This document shows, in pieces, positions 1 to 13,094 of a stretch of 64,000 nt of DNA; position 1 is the stretch's first letter; each line of letters opens with the position of its first letter. The position numbers and the translations under genes are program-made. The notes below the pieces were generated by a model that worked only from the letters and a program-made list of their open reading frames with translations, was not told the DNA's origin and searched no databases. This stretch comes from Schmidtea polychroa (lineage: Eukaryota): the NCBI GenBank assembly GCA_044892525.1, contig CM097885.1, positions 236,532,001 to 236,596,000 on the forward strand, given 5' to 3'.

Positions 1-1572
1 AAACTAATAAGAATATCACAACTTCTTTCCTACATATCGAGAATTAGAAATTGTGAAACAAATCAATAATAAATGGGAAAAAATCTCTCATTCTATTAAA
101 ACAATTTTAATTAAACTCATAATTCATTTGTTTTATTCTTTAAAATATTTTTATTAAAATTAATATTAAACATTTAATATTTTAATTTTATTATGTATTT
201 TAAAATTTGTTTCATGATTCATTATAACAAAGTGAAATTAAAACGAAGCACATTACGGATTATTTAGAGGCAATATTCAAAAGAAATCAGTAAATAATTT
301 ATTCAGACAGGATTTCTGGTTTCAACAGTAATTTCCTAACTAAATGCATCTGTCTGCATATGGCATACTCTAAGTGGATAATTTATGACACTTGTAAATC
401 ATCTCGTTGACTTTATTCCTTGCTCGAGAATTTCTTTTCTCAATTTAAAAAATATTTTTTTTGCATTCTTTGAAATTGATCATGGATTAAAATCAAAGGA
501 ATTTTGTTTTTTTAGAAAATCTAGTCTGTTAAAAATAAGAAATTGAGCATGTGCTCGTTGTCTTTTGTATAGGATTATTTTGATTTATAAACAACGTTTT
601 CTTAATTATGACAATATAAATACTTTATTAAAATGAGATTGAATTCTTTTTATAATTATTATAGAAATAGATAACAGAAATAGCGTTTTTGGCCAACTAA
701 TACACTCAATTCCGAAATTGAGTAACCTCTATAATTCAGGTTGGTGTGCACACCAGTTGAGGTGAGTCACCATTTACGTGAAAATGAAGTTACTCAATTT
801 CATTTATTCAATAATTTATTAGCAACAAAAATGGTTTTCAGGTAATTTTTTTAATTTCAAGTATATTTTAAGACTTGAATTTTGATCTTATATAATTATG
901 AGATCATTATTCAAGTTCTTAAATATTACTGTTAGCCATCATTTATAATATAATATATTAATAATTAAATTTCAGGTGTTTTTTTAGGAAATTTATGATA
1001 TTTTATGCCTTAATATGGAATATTTATAGATATTTTTATATTTATAAATAAATAAAGTAATCACCAAACACATTTATTTTTTTAAGACATTTAGGGAAAA
1101 ATCGGCGTACATGAACGAAATAGTTTTTTAAATTTTTATAATCTTTCTGCAGCTCATTTTCGATGGCATTTTTCTTTCTGTAAATCAAAAGATCTCGAAG
1201 GACCTTCAATATTTGAAATGCTGCCTTCACACATACTTTAAAATATTTTAATAGTTTGTAATTTAATGAATAAAACTTACATTGTATTTTCTTCTTTTTC
1301 CCTAAAGCTCAAGGTAGAGCTGTCGGAATCTAAATTAAAAGTATTTTCTTCCATTTTTTAATAATTTTAAAATAATTATATTTTAACAATATGTTAACAA
1401 TATGTTAACAGTTATTTGATTCGAAACAAAAATATAAGAATTTTGCATGTATTTTTCATTATGTGTTTTGTGTTGGTGTGTTGAGTTATTTTTTTCTCAC
1501 CTTCACAAAACCTATAATAAAGTTACTAAATTTCGGAATGATAAATTTCTACACAGGTAAGTTTGTGTGTTC

Positions 1573-1911
<339 letters not shown>

Positions 1912-1958
1912 ATTTTTTTTAGATTACAGAAGTTATTAAATTTCGGAATTAGGTGTAT

Positions 1959-1961
<3 letters not shown>

Positions 1962-2015
<54 letters not shown>
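1962..2015. repeat. (TA)n microsatellite
   Basis: Pure TA run. Confidence 0.97.
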
Positions 2016-2018
<3 letters not shown>

Positions 2019-2332
2019 GAGGTTAATTCGCGTCTGTGTGCGCGTTGTATTATGAGATGGTGTTTGTGTTTGTAAGCGCACACAGACGCGATCAGTGTCA
2101 TTTTTTTTGGTGAATTATCATTTATGTCTCGCGTCTGTGTGTGCTTTTTACTTTGACATTGGATTGATTTGTGTGCGCACACAAACGCGGACAATTGTGT
2201 GAGTTCAGATTTTGGATTTATGTTCGAGTTTTCGGATTTTGCTGGAATTTTTGGATTTATTTTGAATGGATCGATTTTGTGTAAAAGATTGGAATTTTCG
2301 AGAAGGTTTGTTTTTGGAAAAAATAAATTTCG

Positions 2333-2965
2333 TTGATGGCTTCGATTAATACAGATATTTACTATGATCATAAATTCAACAGGGATGTTCACACATCTCA
2401 GAATGGTAAATGTGTGACGTGCAATTATGGATTTATTGAAAGAATTGAATCTGATAACTCAATGGAAAATGATGATGATGCCTTGAATGTTTTTCATATT
2501 ATTCGTCATAACTGAATGGAAAATGATGATGATGCCTTGAATGTTTTTCATATTATTCGTTATAACTTAATGGAAAATGATGATGATACCTTGAATGTTT
2601 TTCATCTTATTCGTCATATTCCTGGTGGAAGTAATACAAACGAAACTGATGGTTCCTTTTTTATTACTCCAAGAGATACTGATCACATAAATAGTGTTTT
2701 TGGCCAGATAATATCAAATTTATTTGGTGGATTGCTGCCGCTGGATTTTAGATCCGATTCGTCAGATTACATATTTTCAGATCAAAGTTTCGACAATTTT
2801 GTAACGAGTATTATGAATCAATTTGAACAGAGTGGTACTTCACCAGCAAATGTGGCAGATATTGAGAAATTACAAGTCAAGAAAATCACCGCAGCTAATG
2901 ATACAGGTTCCATTTGTCTGCCGATGAAGTGTACGAGTTGCCCTGTTCAGTGTCTCGAAACGTGA
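2333..2965 (+). pseudogene. Intronless RNF126/RNF115-like E3 ligase fragment (degenerate N-terminal Zn finger plus pre-RING segment, RING truncated)
   Basis: YYDHK...KCVTCNYGFIERIE and DYIFSDQSFDNFVTSIMNQFEQSGTSPANVADIEKL resemble the RNF126/115 Zn-finger and DY-W...LD.IITQLLNQFENTGPPPA motifs. An in-frame TGA lies inside a 54-bp triplication (copies at 2462, 2516, 2570). Confidence 0.65.
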
Positions 2966-2972
2966 ATGATTA

Positions 2973-2976
<4 letters not shown>

Positions 2977-3027
<51 letters not shown>
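2977..3027. repeat. (TA)n microsatellite abutting the Gypsy 3' LTR
   Basis: Pure TA run. Confidence 0.95.
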
Positions 3028-3033
<6 letters not shown>

Positions 3034-3248
3034 CCACAGAGCTACGGGTATTAATAGAATCCATAACTAAAACGGTATTAACACGTTTATTATTAAAACA
3101 CAAATACTATTAAAACAAATTATAACGTTAATTTGTTTGAGGAGTTTCTAAAAAATAATAATTAATATATAAGTAAGGATTTCAGCATACAATCAAACAT
3201 GCACAACATCATACCATTATTTTAATACAAATTACAAAACGCCTTACA
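3028..3248 (-). repeat. 3' LTR (TGTAAGGC...GGCTAATA)
   Basis: Direct repeat of 7256-7464 with several substitutions and indels. Preceded by the PPT. Confidence 0.9.
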
Positions 3249-3260
3249 TCCCCCCTTTTT
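3249..3260 (-). promoter_or_regulatory. Polypurine tract AAAAAGGGGGGA
   Basis: Immediately 5' of the 3' LTR on the minus strand. Confidence 0.85.
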
Positions 3261-3268
3261 AAAAACCT

Positions 3269-6242
3269 TTAACCACTCAATATTTCTCGTGACGGAACTT
3301 TCATTTTCCAATTTATTTCATAACTTCGATCATGAATCTTTTTAGTAATCACACCTGGACCCATGTATCTGTTATCACCTTTATTTCGAACATTTACTTT
3401 GATCAATACGCAATCTCCAATTTGAAATTTGCGATTTGTCGTTTGATTGATTGTTTCTTCTTCCACAATCTCTGAGAACCATTCACTATAAATCTTTTTC
3501 CCAGACACCTTTTCAGCTGGAGTCTTCCTAATAGTTTTTTGAAAAGTTGAATTCAACATAAACTGAACTTCGGGAAGAACAACCAATGATTTATCTTTGG
3601 CTGTTATCTGTATTGCATCTCTAATTGTACGGAATTGTCTCTCAATCTGTCCATTTGCTGAGTGATGATAAGGACTTGAATAATTAATTTCAATATTGTG
3701 GAATTTTGCAAAATCTTTCATTAGTTTTGATTCAAATGATTTATCTCTATCACAGTTTATTATCTTTGGTGCTCCAAACTTCATTATCCACTAATCTTTC
3801 AGTAATCTTACCACTGTTTTTTTATCTTGCGATTTTACTGCTTGTAAAGAAATAAACTTACTTATCTATAATCCCAAGAATATATATTTCTCCTTTCATT
3901 GCAACTTGTAATGGACCACAAAAAATCTACATAGATTGTTTCAAATAATTTCGAATCACTTTTGCAAATTAATTCTTCTTTTGTTTTAGTTGCATCAACC
4001 TTTCTTTTCTGCCAGTTTTCACAGGATTGTACAACATTACGAATAGATTGCTCCAAATCAAAATTGTTTGATACATACATTTTTACTTTTTTAGCACCCG
4101 CGTGACAGAGATATGATATTCTATGATGAATTCAGACTTGTTTTCTTCTGGAATCCAAATTTTATTATTATTTGTCATAATCACTCCGTTGACATATTTA
4201 TAAAAATGTTTTATCTGGCATCATACTAATATTTTCTTTTATATTTTCAATTTCTTCCGAGTTCTTTTGCCATATTTTTTCAATATTATCAGTCATCAGT
4301 GTCAACAATCTTGTTTTTAATTTACCCATTTTAGGATCTTCATGAATCATTTGACATTGAACACATGTTTCACATTCTTTTCTAGATAAAGCGTCAGCAT
4401 TACTGTGGTTATCACCTTTTCTGTATTGAATCTCCATGTCCAGACCACTAAGATGGTTAATCCAAGTTTGAAATTGTGGGGTAATAGCTTTCTTTGTCTT
4501 CATCATAAGTGTAATTGCTTTGTGATCCGTCTTCAAAATAACTTTTTACCATATAGATAATGCTTAAAATGACCAGTAAAATAAAATATAGATAGTAATT
4601 CCTTTCTTGTTATACAATAACCCAACTCGTGTTTATTCATAGGTCAGGATTCATATGCAATTACTCTTTCTTTACTTCTGAGAACTTCAATACAGGTGTA
4701 GACGTCAATTTCAGTTTTAAATTTTGAAATGAAGTTTCAACTTCATCAGTCCACTTAAGCTTCTTTTGTTTGCTTCCACATAACGCTTCTAATACTTTGG
4801 AATCTTTGGTGTAATTTTCTATAAATCTGCGATAGTAATTTACCAAGCCTAAAAATCCTCTCAAACTTTTTACACATTTAGGTCTTTCAAAATTTTTAAT
4901 AGTTTTAATCTTGCTTTCATCCGTACGCATTCCATCTTCACCAATGATATGACCCTAATATTTTACTTCTTTCCTTTTGAATTGACATTTTGCTGGACTT
5001 ATTTTAAGATTTGCTAATTTAATCTTTTGAAAAACCTTTTCAATGGTACTATAATGTTCATTCAATGTCTTTGAAAATATAAGGATATCATCCAGATATA
5101 CAATTGTTCCATTCCAATTTAATTCTCTAAGAACCAAATTCATAAGTCTTTGAAATGTTGCTGGTGCGGCTGCTATTCCAAATGGCATTCTGTTAAAGTA
5201 ATATTGCTTGCTTTTTGTCGAAAATGCTGTTTTCAATTTTGATGCATCATCGAGTTCTAATTGATAATAAGTATTGCCTAAATCAATTGTCGAGAAAAAC
5301 TTTTCTCCGTCAAGAATATCTAATAATTCATCAGTATTTGGAATGGGAAAAATCGGTCTTTCTGTAATAATATTTAAGGAACGGTAGTCCAAGCATTTTC
5401 TTATATCACTACTGATTTTCTTTTAAACACATACTAATGGAGAATTCCAAGGAGATGTACATTATGATATAATGCCATATTTCAACATTTATTGAATATT
5501 TTCTTCAATGTTTTCTATTAAATGTATAGGTTGTCGCCTAGGGTTAATTACAATCGGACTACCTTTAGTAAGTATTTCATGCTTTAATAGTTCAGTTTTT
5601 TCAACATCCCATTTATGTTTCATAAAAATGCCGTCAAACGTGGAAATTAAATTATTTATTATCTTATCTTCACTCTTGTGACTTTTCCACAATTACATTT
5701 ATTTTGTCTTTACGGTTTTCTATTTGCAATTGCATTCCAAATCTTTCGAGAAAATCTATACCTCCTATTAACTTTCGGTTTATATCTTTGGCTACAACGA
5801 ATTCTACTTTTTTAATATCAGAAATTTTATCAACTTTTACATTTAATAAAGTTTTACCGCAAATTTCAATCGGGCTATCATTCGCGCATCTTAATTTTAA
5901 ATTACTTGTAGTCATATTCAAATTTCCAAGTTTTTTAAAAATATTATAATCAATCACACTTATTTTAGCTCCAGTATCTAATAGGCATACTAATTTTACA
6001 TTATTTATCATCACGGAAACACTGGGCCTTCCTTGCATTTTATCGTATACTATTATATCATACCGTTTATCACGATTAAAAACATTTATTTCATTAGAAG
6101 TTAGGGGTGGGTCTTTAAAAAGTTCATCCATACAAAATTTATTAATGTATATATTAATATAATTTCTATAATCAAAAACACCATCACAACCGTTATCATT
6201 CAAACTATCACAATCATTCAAAATCATACAACCCTTACTCAT
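3269..6242 (-). pseudogene. pol: Gypsy pol (protease, RT, RNase H, integrase), fragmented
   Basis: ORF pieces with LLDTGA, FSTIDL, RMPFG, YLDD, FLGLVNYY, TDHKA, NADALSR, SSPYHHSANGQIER and RYMGPG. Confidence 0.92.
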
Positions 6243-6356
6243 ATCATTAATTACCTTTAATTTATTGCTCCGATCACCTCCTCGTGTGGTGGAGCATTCC
6301 CATTTGAGTACTCAAAATCAGCCTCTGGATCCTCGTCACCGAATGCAGCCACTGAT

Positions 6357-7256
6357 TTATGGAAATAACTCATGGCACAGATGTTTGAAATGTCCAGATC
6401 TTTTACAATGGGCACATTGAATATTGGGGCATTCAGATCTTCTATGACCTTCTTTGTGGCACGCCCAACATCGCAAAATTTGATTTGCTCGGACATGATC
6501 TCGTGAATGAAATTCCCTGGAATTATAAGGCTTACTTCTATTTATAGGTTTCCATCCATTTGGAATAGCATATCGATGTTCTCTGGTAAGTCCGCCTTTG
6601 TATCTTGGATTAGGTTGAGGTTCTCTTGTATATACATCTTTGAATCTGGTATTAGCTTCTCGTTCTCGAATTGATCTGTTATCATAACTATATCTTGGTA
6701 AGCTGTTCTTAACAGCATCAGCATAGTGTTGTGTTTTATTCATTGAAGCTAAATCAGCATGAAATACATTAATTTCTTTTGAAACTTGATCGTGTTTCTT
6801 TAATCTTTCTTTCATTTCATCATATGATTTTAAATCTTGCATTTTGAGATCTTCTTTATCTTCAAGCGAATTGAATAGCAAAAATTTCTTTAGTTCTTCT
6901 TCATCAAGTTTATGCTTCAAAATATTTTTTGCAAGTTTCTCAATTTTTCAGCAGAATTCTTCGGCAGCCTCATTTCCTTGCCGATAATTTAGCGCTTCGT
7001 TGAGATCATCGATAAGACTTCTGTTCTTAGCAAAAGCGTTTCTTAATCTTTCTGTATAATGCAGAGTTTCATTAGTCAACTCATATTTCTTCGTTGAATT
7101 GATTTATATAAAAGCTTTGACGAATTTGCTTCTGTTTTCATCGATAATATTTGTCATCTCGAAGAATCGTTCTGTTTCTAAGATGAAATCTTCCACTTCT
7201 GAATCCGTGTCATATGTTTCTGGTGTTTTGATAAAATTTGCAATCGTGGTCGCCAT
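6357..7256 (-). pseudogene. gag: Gypsy gag, frameshifted
   Basis: Starts MATTIANFIKTPETY at the LTR/PBS junction. C-terminal knuckles CWACHKEGHRRSEC and CAHCKRSGHFKHLC. Confidence 0.88.
7244..7255 (-). promoter_or_regulatory. Primer binding site TGGCGACCACGA (tRNA-Arg-like)
   Basis: Directly follows the 5' LTR. Complementary to a tRNA 3' end ...UCGUGGUCGCCA, as I recall for metazoan tRNA-Arg(UCG). Confidence 0.85.
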
Positions 7257-7464
7257 ATTAGCCACAGAGTTACGGGTATTAATAGAATCCATAACTAAAA
7301 CTGTTATTATCAAAACCCAAATATTACTAAACAAATTATAACGTTAATTTGTTTGAAGAGTTTCTGAAAAATAATAATTAATGTATAATTAAGGATTTCA
7401 GCATACAATCAAACATGCACAACATCATACCATTATTTAAATACAAATTACAAAACGCCTCACT
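7256..7464 (-). repeat. 5' LTR
   Basis: Direct repeat of 3028-3248, followed by the PBS on the minus strand. Confidence 0.9.
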
Positions 7465-8269
7465 ATATATATACAGATTAATGGGAAAGTGGGAAACAAT
7501 TTGTGAGACGATTCGAGAGACAATTTGGGAGGCGATTTTGAAAGATTATTTGTGAAACAGTTTAAGAGATAAAATTATTGGAGAAAATTAGACAAAGTCG
7601 GACGAAACGTTGTTGAAGAAATGATTGTGAAAAAGAATTGTAAAGAAAATAATTGTGAAGAATAATTGTTGGAGGAGATTTGAATAAAATAATTAGTTGA
7701 AAAATTAAACAAAAAGAAGTTGCTTAATTATTTGAATAAACTTGTGAAGAAGGTCAAAGAAAACAACCAGCTCAAAGTCCCAGTTGATAAACCAATCAGT
7801 AATTTGTGATCTTTTATTCCGGTGTTATACACAAGTGCTATTCCTCACCGAGTGTTGTAGTAAGCATTGTATAGTCGCCAAACAGAGTGTTGAATTTATT
7901 GTCAGTGTAAAGAGAAAGATTATTTGTGATTATCAATAAAGATTTCTGTTGTCAAGTGTTATTTGTGAATCGTATAAAGACACGCTTGGAGTCAGAGTAA
8001 CATTTAAAATTATCACCAATCTAACAATACCATCAACATCAGTCAAAATTAAATATATCGGGAAACCAAAACAATAATTAAGTAACTCTAACATATAAAG
8101 GTAAACATTAATGTAATAAAGAATTTTTCTCTTTTCACACTCTGGTGAGTTTCATTTTCTTTGCATAATTTTTTTTAATTTAAACGTTTTTATATTATTT
8201 CTTGATAAAGATTCCATTTTCAGTCATTTTTTAAAATCTTCTGGATAGTGTCATTGGATAGTGGTTTGG

Positions 8270-9490
8270 TTATATTTTTGTTTGTGTTTGAGTTTGTGTT
8301 TTGTCTTTTGGTGGGTTGTTTTGCGGGTTTTGGTTCTGGTGATAGGGGTTTATTCGCCTTATGTTTATTTTCATTTTTTTGTTGTTTTTGATTATTGTGG
8401 CTACATTTTTGTTGATTTCTAGGAGTTTGAATAGACCTTTGTATTTGGATTCGAAACGTATTGTGTATGGGTTTTTAATTAAGATGTAATCCGTCGTCAG
8501 AACTACTTTCTGTCCTTTCTCTTTAATGGATTCCATGTGTTTGTTTGCTATTTGTTTGTTAGTTTCGGTGTTTTTAGTTGTACTTGGTTTGAAAACTTTG
8601 TATGCTGGACTTTCGTTATCTGTTGAGTTTGGGCTATTTCTCAGTCTTATTAGTTTTGTTGGGAATTAATTTAACCAGTTTTGATCTTTGGCTTTTGTTT
8701 TGATGCTTTCTTTTAATGTTCTATGAGACGGCACGATTTTCCCGTTTGATTTTGGGTTTTAAGCTGTTGTTCGGTTCTTTTTGATGTTGTATTTGTTGCA
8801 AAGTACTTTGGACATTTCTGATTCGAATTGTCTGCTTTGATCGGTTATGATTGTTTTCGGTTGTCCATAACGAGCTATCCAATTTAGTTCGACCATTTCA
8901 CAAATATTTTCTGCAGTGATTTATTTTATTGGGATCACATCGAACCAATTGAATTTTCTGTCTATAATTGTCAGCAGGTATTTGTAGTTGTCGTTTGGTA
9001 GCAGTGGTCCTACCACGTCTGTGTGTATCGTTTCAAACACTTCGCTGCTTGGAAAGTTTATTTTTTGTGTTTTGAGCTTTTTGGTTGTTTTGTTTAATTG
9101 GCAGCTGTGAAAACTCTTTACATAATTTTTGATGTATTTCCACATGTTAGGCCATACATAATTGCTATGTATTAGTTTGAATGTTATTTTGTTTCACGGG
9201 TGATTAATAGTGTGGATCTTTTCGATGCATTTTTGGTGTAATTCCTCGGGGAGTAGTATTCGCTTATTGCTTTCGTTGGAGACATCGTTCCGAACTCCGT
9301 TGAGTTCTTGTAGTTTCATGCTGTGTTTAGTAGGGAGTTTGTTTATTGTTTCGTTTTGTCTGGATTTAATTTGATCCAATTTGATTATCTTTTCGAATTC
9401 CAAGGAGTTTACATCACTTCCTATTCTGGATAGACCATCTGCTGCTATGTTTGATTTTCCCGCTACGTAGTTTATTGTATACGTCTGTAG
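8270..9490 (-). mobile_element. Second Gypsy-like pol fragment (RNase H end plus integrase)
   Basis: YTINYVAGKSNIAADGLSR, HP...CQLNK, FETIHTDVVGPL, YLLTIIDR and FESKYKGLF, broken by stops and frameshifts. Confidence 0.85.
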
Positions 9491-11284
9491 TTTGATTTGA
9501 ATAAAAAATTTGCCTATTGCATTTCTCTTTTATTTTGGCCAGTTCTGCTCTTATTTTTCCGTTTTCGACTATTATTTCGTCGAATTTGCTAATCAGTGTG
9601 TTTATTAGTTTGTTTGATACTTCGTTTGATTCGGAGTTTCTGTTGTTTACTATAGTGATAATTTACTATAGTAAATTACACTATATAGTTTTATTTTTTT
9701 TCACGTACTTGCTGATAAAAATAACCATATACCACAAATCCTAATTACGATTCAAGAATAAATAAAAAATATAACAACACATTACACTATGTCATAGGTA
9801 TATGCCATTGGTATTCGTCATAAGTCAACGCATAAGGACATCTGTGAAACTTTTACTGTTTTCTAAAAATTCCTATTTTTTATTGTACGAAAATAATAAA
9901 ATTAATTATATGATACTAAATTTAAAATAATTTATTCTATATTTTCGCAACTCTAAATTCATTCTCGCTGATAATAGTTTCGGTGAATACATTTCCTGTT
10001 TCTTTCATACAAAATCTTTATAGTTGAAATCATTTTGTGACTTTATAATAGTGTTTCAATAATTGCTCTTTAAACTTCGTTTGATCTCAATGAAAACTCT
10101 ACTTCTTTGGGTTGTGAAAATATTATATTTTTTTAAAGTAATATTGAAAAATAATTCAGCATTTGAAACATTTACGCTATGCCACTTTATTATGTCATAT
10201 CTAAGTGTTTTAAGCTTTTATTGTTGTTTATAGTCACTGATAATCTCTTCAAATGTCCTTTTACAGACTCTAGTACATTGAAGTGTACAATGAGTCTTTA
10301 GAACCAAATATTTCATGTATGACATAAAAATTATATCACTTAAAAAATCTAAAATTTGTGAATATCAATGCATACATCATGAGTATACCTGAATCACAAA
10401 AAATAAAATAATGTTCCAAAATGAAAAAAATGATATACCTTGACAAATGTCAAGGTTAATGCGTAAATTGGGAATGTCTAAAGAAATATGCTGGAAAACA
10501 AGATAATTATCTACAAGTGTTAAAAAATAACAATGTATAAAAGAAAGATACTAATTGCAAAGGACAAAAGAAAATTTATTGGGGAAGCAGAATAAAAGAG
10601 ATTATAGAAGAATTCGAAGAAAGAAGAAGTAAAATCGAAACTGTATTTAATAAAGGATAAACCGAAACAGCCAAAACAGAAACAGAAAAGGAATATAATA
10701 AATATAATAATAATATAATAATATGATAATCAAACTAACAACCAGAAATTGTAGAAGTCCTAAGTCAAGGCAGAAAAGCAACCGGATCAATTGTGCGAGA
10801 TGTCAGTCACTAGTAGCAGTAAAGTAGTCGCATAATTAAAGTGTTCCCAAAGTGTTATTCTTCCCAAACGCACCGGAATACGTTTGAGTTGCATTGAGTA
10901 ATAGGTATTATTGTAATCTTAGTAACCATTTGTGTTGATCAATAAAGTTATATTATTCGGAATTTGTCGGAAACACGCTCGGAGTCAGAAAGTAGTTAAT
11001 AATTTGATAAACCACCGTCAACGAAACCCCAACACATAAATAAATACTGTATTTATTACAAAACTTGACTATGAATCAGTAAAGATATCGATGTTTTTTA
11101 TATTCACGAATTCTCGGCACTGCTTTTTTCAAATGATTTTGATCCAAAATATTTCATCATTAAAGTTGATTTAAAAGTTCAAAAATGTAACTTTATGGGT
11201 CACATAAAAAAGTTTAAAATGTTTGTTTCAGAGTTATCCAAGGGTCGAAGAGGATCGAAATAATAACATTAATACTAATATTAT

Positions 11285-11580
11285 AGTAGTGTATATAATG
11301 GGAACACCGGCTCACCTTACCCGTTTTAGGTGCAACTAATTTAAAAAATCTTAACATTAACAATTTTTAACACCGAAAAAAAAATTTTTTTAATTTAGAT
11401 ACCCAAAATATAAACATTGAAAAATATTTTTTTAAAAAAGATGGGTACTTTGAAAAATTTAGATAGCTAAAATATGTGTGTAATAGAAACTTCAATCTAA
11501 AGATTTGTTGAATTCTAAGTAATTTTTTTATTTAGTGATTTCTAAAATAGTAAGCCGGTGTTCCCATTATATACACTACT
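11285..11580. mobile_element. 296-bp MITE with 28-bp perfect TIRs
   Basis: AGTAGTGTATATAATGGGAACACCGGCT at 11285 and its reverse complement at 11553-11580. Confidence 0.85.
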
Positions 11581-11664
11581 ACACTTTAGCATAAATATTG
11601 AAAAATCTAAATATTGAAAAATCTAAGTTTTGAATACTCAAGAATATATTTTGTAATTTAAAGA

Positions 11665-12275
11665 ATAAAAAAAAATTTATGAAACAGTAAAAAAGCTCTA
11701 AAACAGTGGTATTTTTTCCCCGCTGTCCACTCAAATTTTTTTTTGATCCGGATCATTTTTTAATTTTTAACCTCTTTCGGCTATCAAATCAATTCCAATA
11801 TACAAGCTGGCCAGGCTTTCACATCAGAACCAATTTGATAATAGCAGCACGCCTTATTATATCGGCGTTTTTAGCGTGCTGCTCGAAAGTACAAATGAAT
11901 TCGAAAGCGAATCCGAAAGAGGTCCGAAAACAACTAAGAAACATATTGAAATAAATGTGCACATTATGGGGATCGATCCCGGGTGTGTTTGAAAGACTGT
12001 GGCGATAATTACCGGTTCGCCACCATACCCCGTTCCAATAATTTTTTTTTCACATTTATGTTTAAAAATTAATTAATTAATAAAAAAATAAAATATACAA
12101 GATGTATTTCCTAAGATACCCACACTATATATTTTTTTAATATTTATTTTCAATATTATTTTCAAATTTTTAATATTATTTTATGTTGAAAAAAAATAAT
12201 TTCAGTTGGGATTTAAACCACATTTATTTGAACCACTGTGCTAGTCTATTCCCACTGAGTCAGCAATCTTGTTTT
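11665..12275 (-). mobile_element. Relic of the Polinton right non-coding arm (inverted homolog of about 44900-45450), including copies of tRNA-like units 1 and 2
   Basis: Long near-identical blocks such as GTGCTGCTCGAAAGTACAAATGAATTCGAAAGCGAATCCGAAAGAGGTCCGAAAACAA shared with the reverse complement of 45200-45260. Confidence 0.9.
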
Positions 12276-12344
12276 TAAAATTTATTTTTTCATATTTAAG
12301 CCTAAAAAAATAAATATTCTACTTAAAAATTAGATGGTGTTCAG

Positions 12345-12705
12345 ATCGTGGTTTTGAATATATATGTCATGGGTGCAATGCCACATACATTGGAATGACT
12401 GCCCGTCATTTCCGTTCTCAAGTTCTGGATAACTGTCGACTGAGGGAATTGATTTATATCAGCAAGCACAGTTTTTTGTTTAGGCTTACATTTCTACGTT
12501 GGAAGGTGGTATCTAATTCCTGTTTTTTGAATTTCGTGTTTATTAGTGGATTTCAATTGTTACTTAGATTGTTTTCGGATCTTGGTTATGAATATTTATG
12601 TCATGGGTGCAATGCCACATACATTGGAATGACTGTCCGTCATCTCCGTTTCAAGTTCCTGATCACTATCGACTGAAGCAATTGATTAATATTAGTAAAC
12701 ACAAT
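12345..12705 (+). mobile_element. Tandemly duplicated Penelope-like GIY-YIG endonuclease fragment
   Basis: YEYLCHGCNATYIGMTVRHL. Two copies about 232 bp apart. Confidence 0.7.
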
Positions 12706-12962
12706 TTTGTGGAAAATTTATTAGAATCGTGTTTGATTTCAACTTTTGTGAGTTTTAAAAGTTTTAGAAATTTTAAAACTTTTATAATTTTTAAAGTTTG
12801 AATATAAAAAACAGAATTTTGCGAATTTTTAGCGAAATTAATTTTAAAAAATTAATGAATTAGTTAATTAGTTTGTTAAAAAAAGAGCAATTTATATTGA
12901 TTTAGTTTGATTTCAATTCTACTTGAAGATGACATTGATTCTGTAGAAATATATTGTAGTAA

Positions 12963-13003
<41 letters not shown>

Positions 13004-13094
13004 GTGTTTTTCGTTAGATTAAAAATTAAAAGTAGAATAATTTTCAATATTATTTTCAAATTTTTAATAATATTTTATGTTGAAAGAAAACTAA

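Larger units (their letters stand above)
3028..7464 (-). mobile_element. Full-length but decayed Ty3/Gypsy LTR retrotransposon (about 4.4 kb)
   Basis: Two related LTRs, PBS, PPT, gag with two CCHC knuckles, and the order PR(LLDTGA)-RT(YLDD)-RNaseH-IN. Many stops and frameshifts. Flanked by TA repeats on both sides. Confidence 0.95.

Noticed and set aside
701..800. Short inverted repeat AAATTGAGTAAC...GTTACTCAATTT, possibly a Tc1-like end
   Set aside because: No partner end or transposase was recognised, so it is too weak to call.
9785..10460. Possible TTAA-type MITE (CCTTGACAAATGTCAAGG hairpin at the right end)
   Set aside because: The left terminus matches only weakly and no TSD pair is evident.
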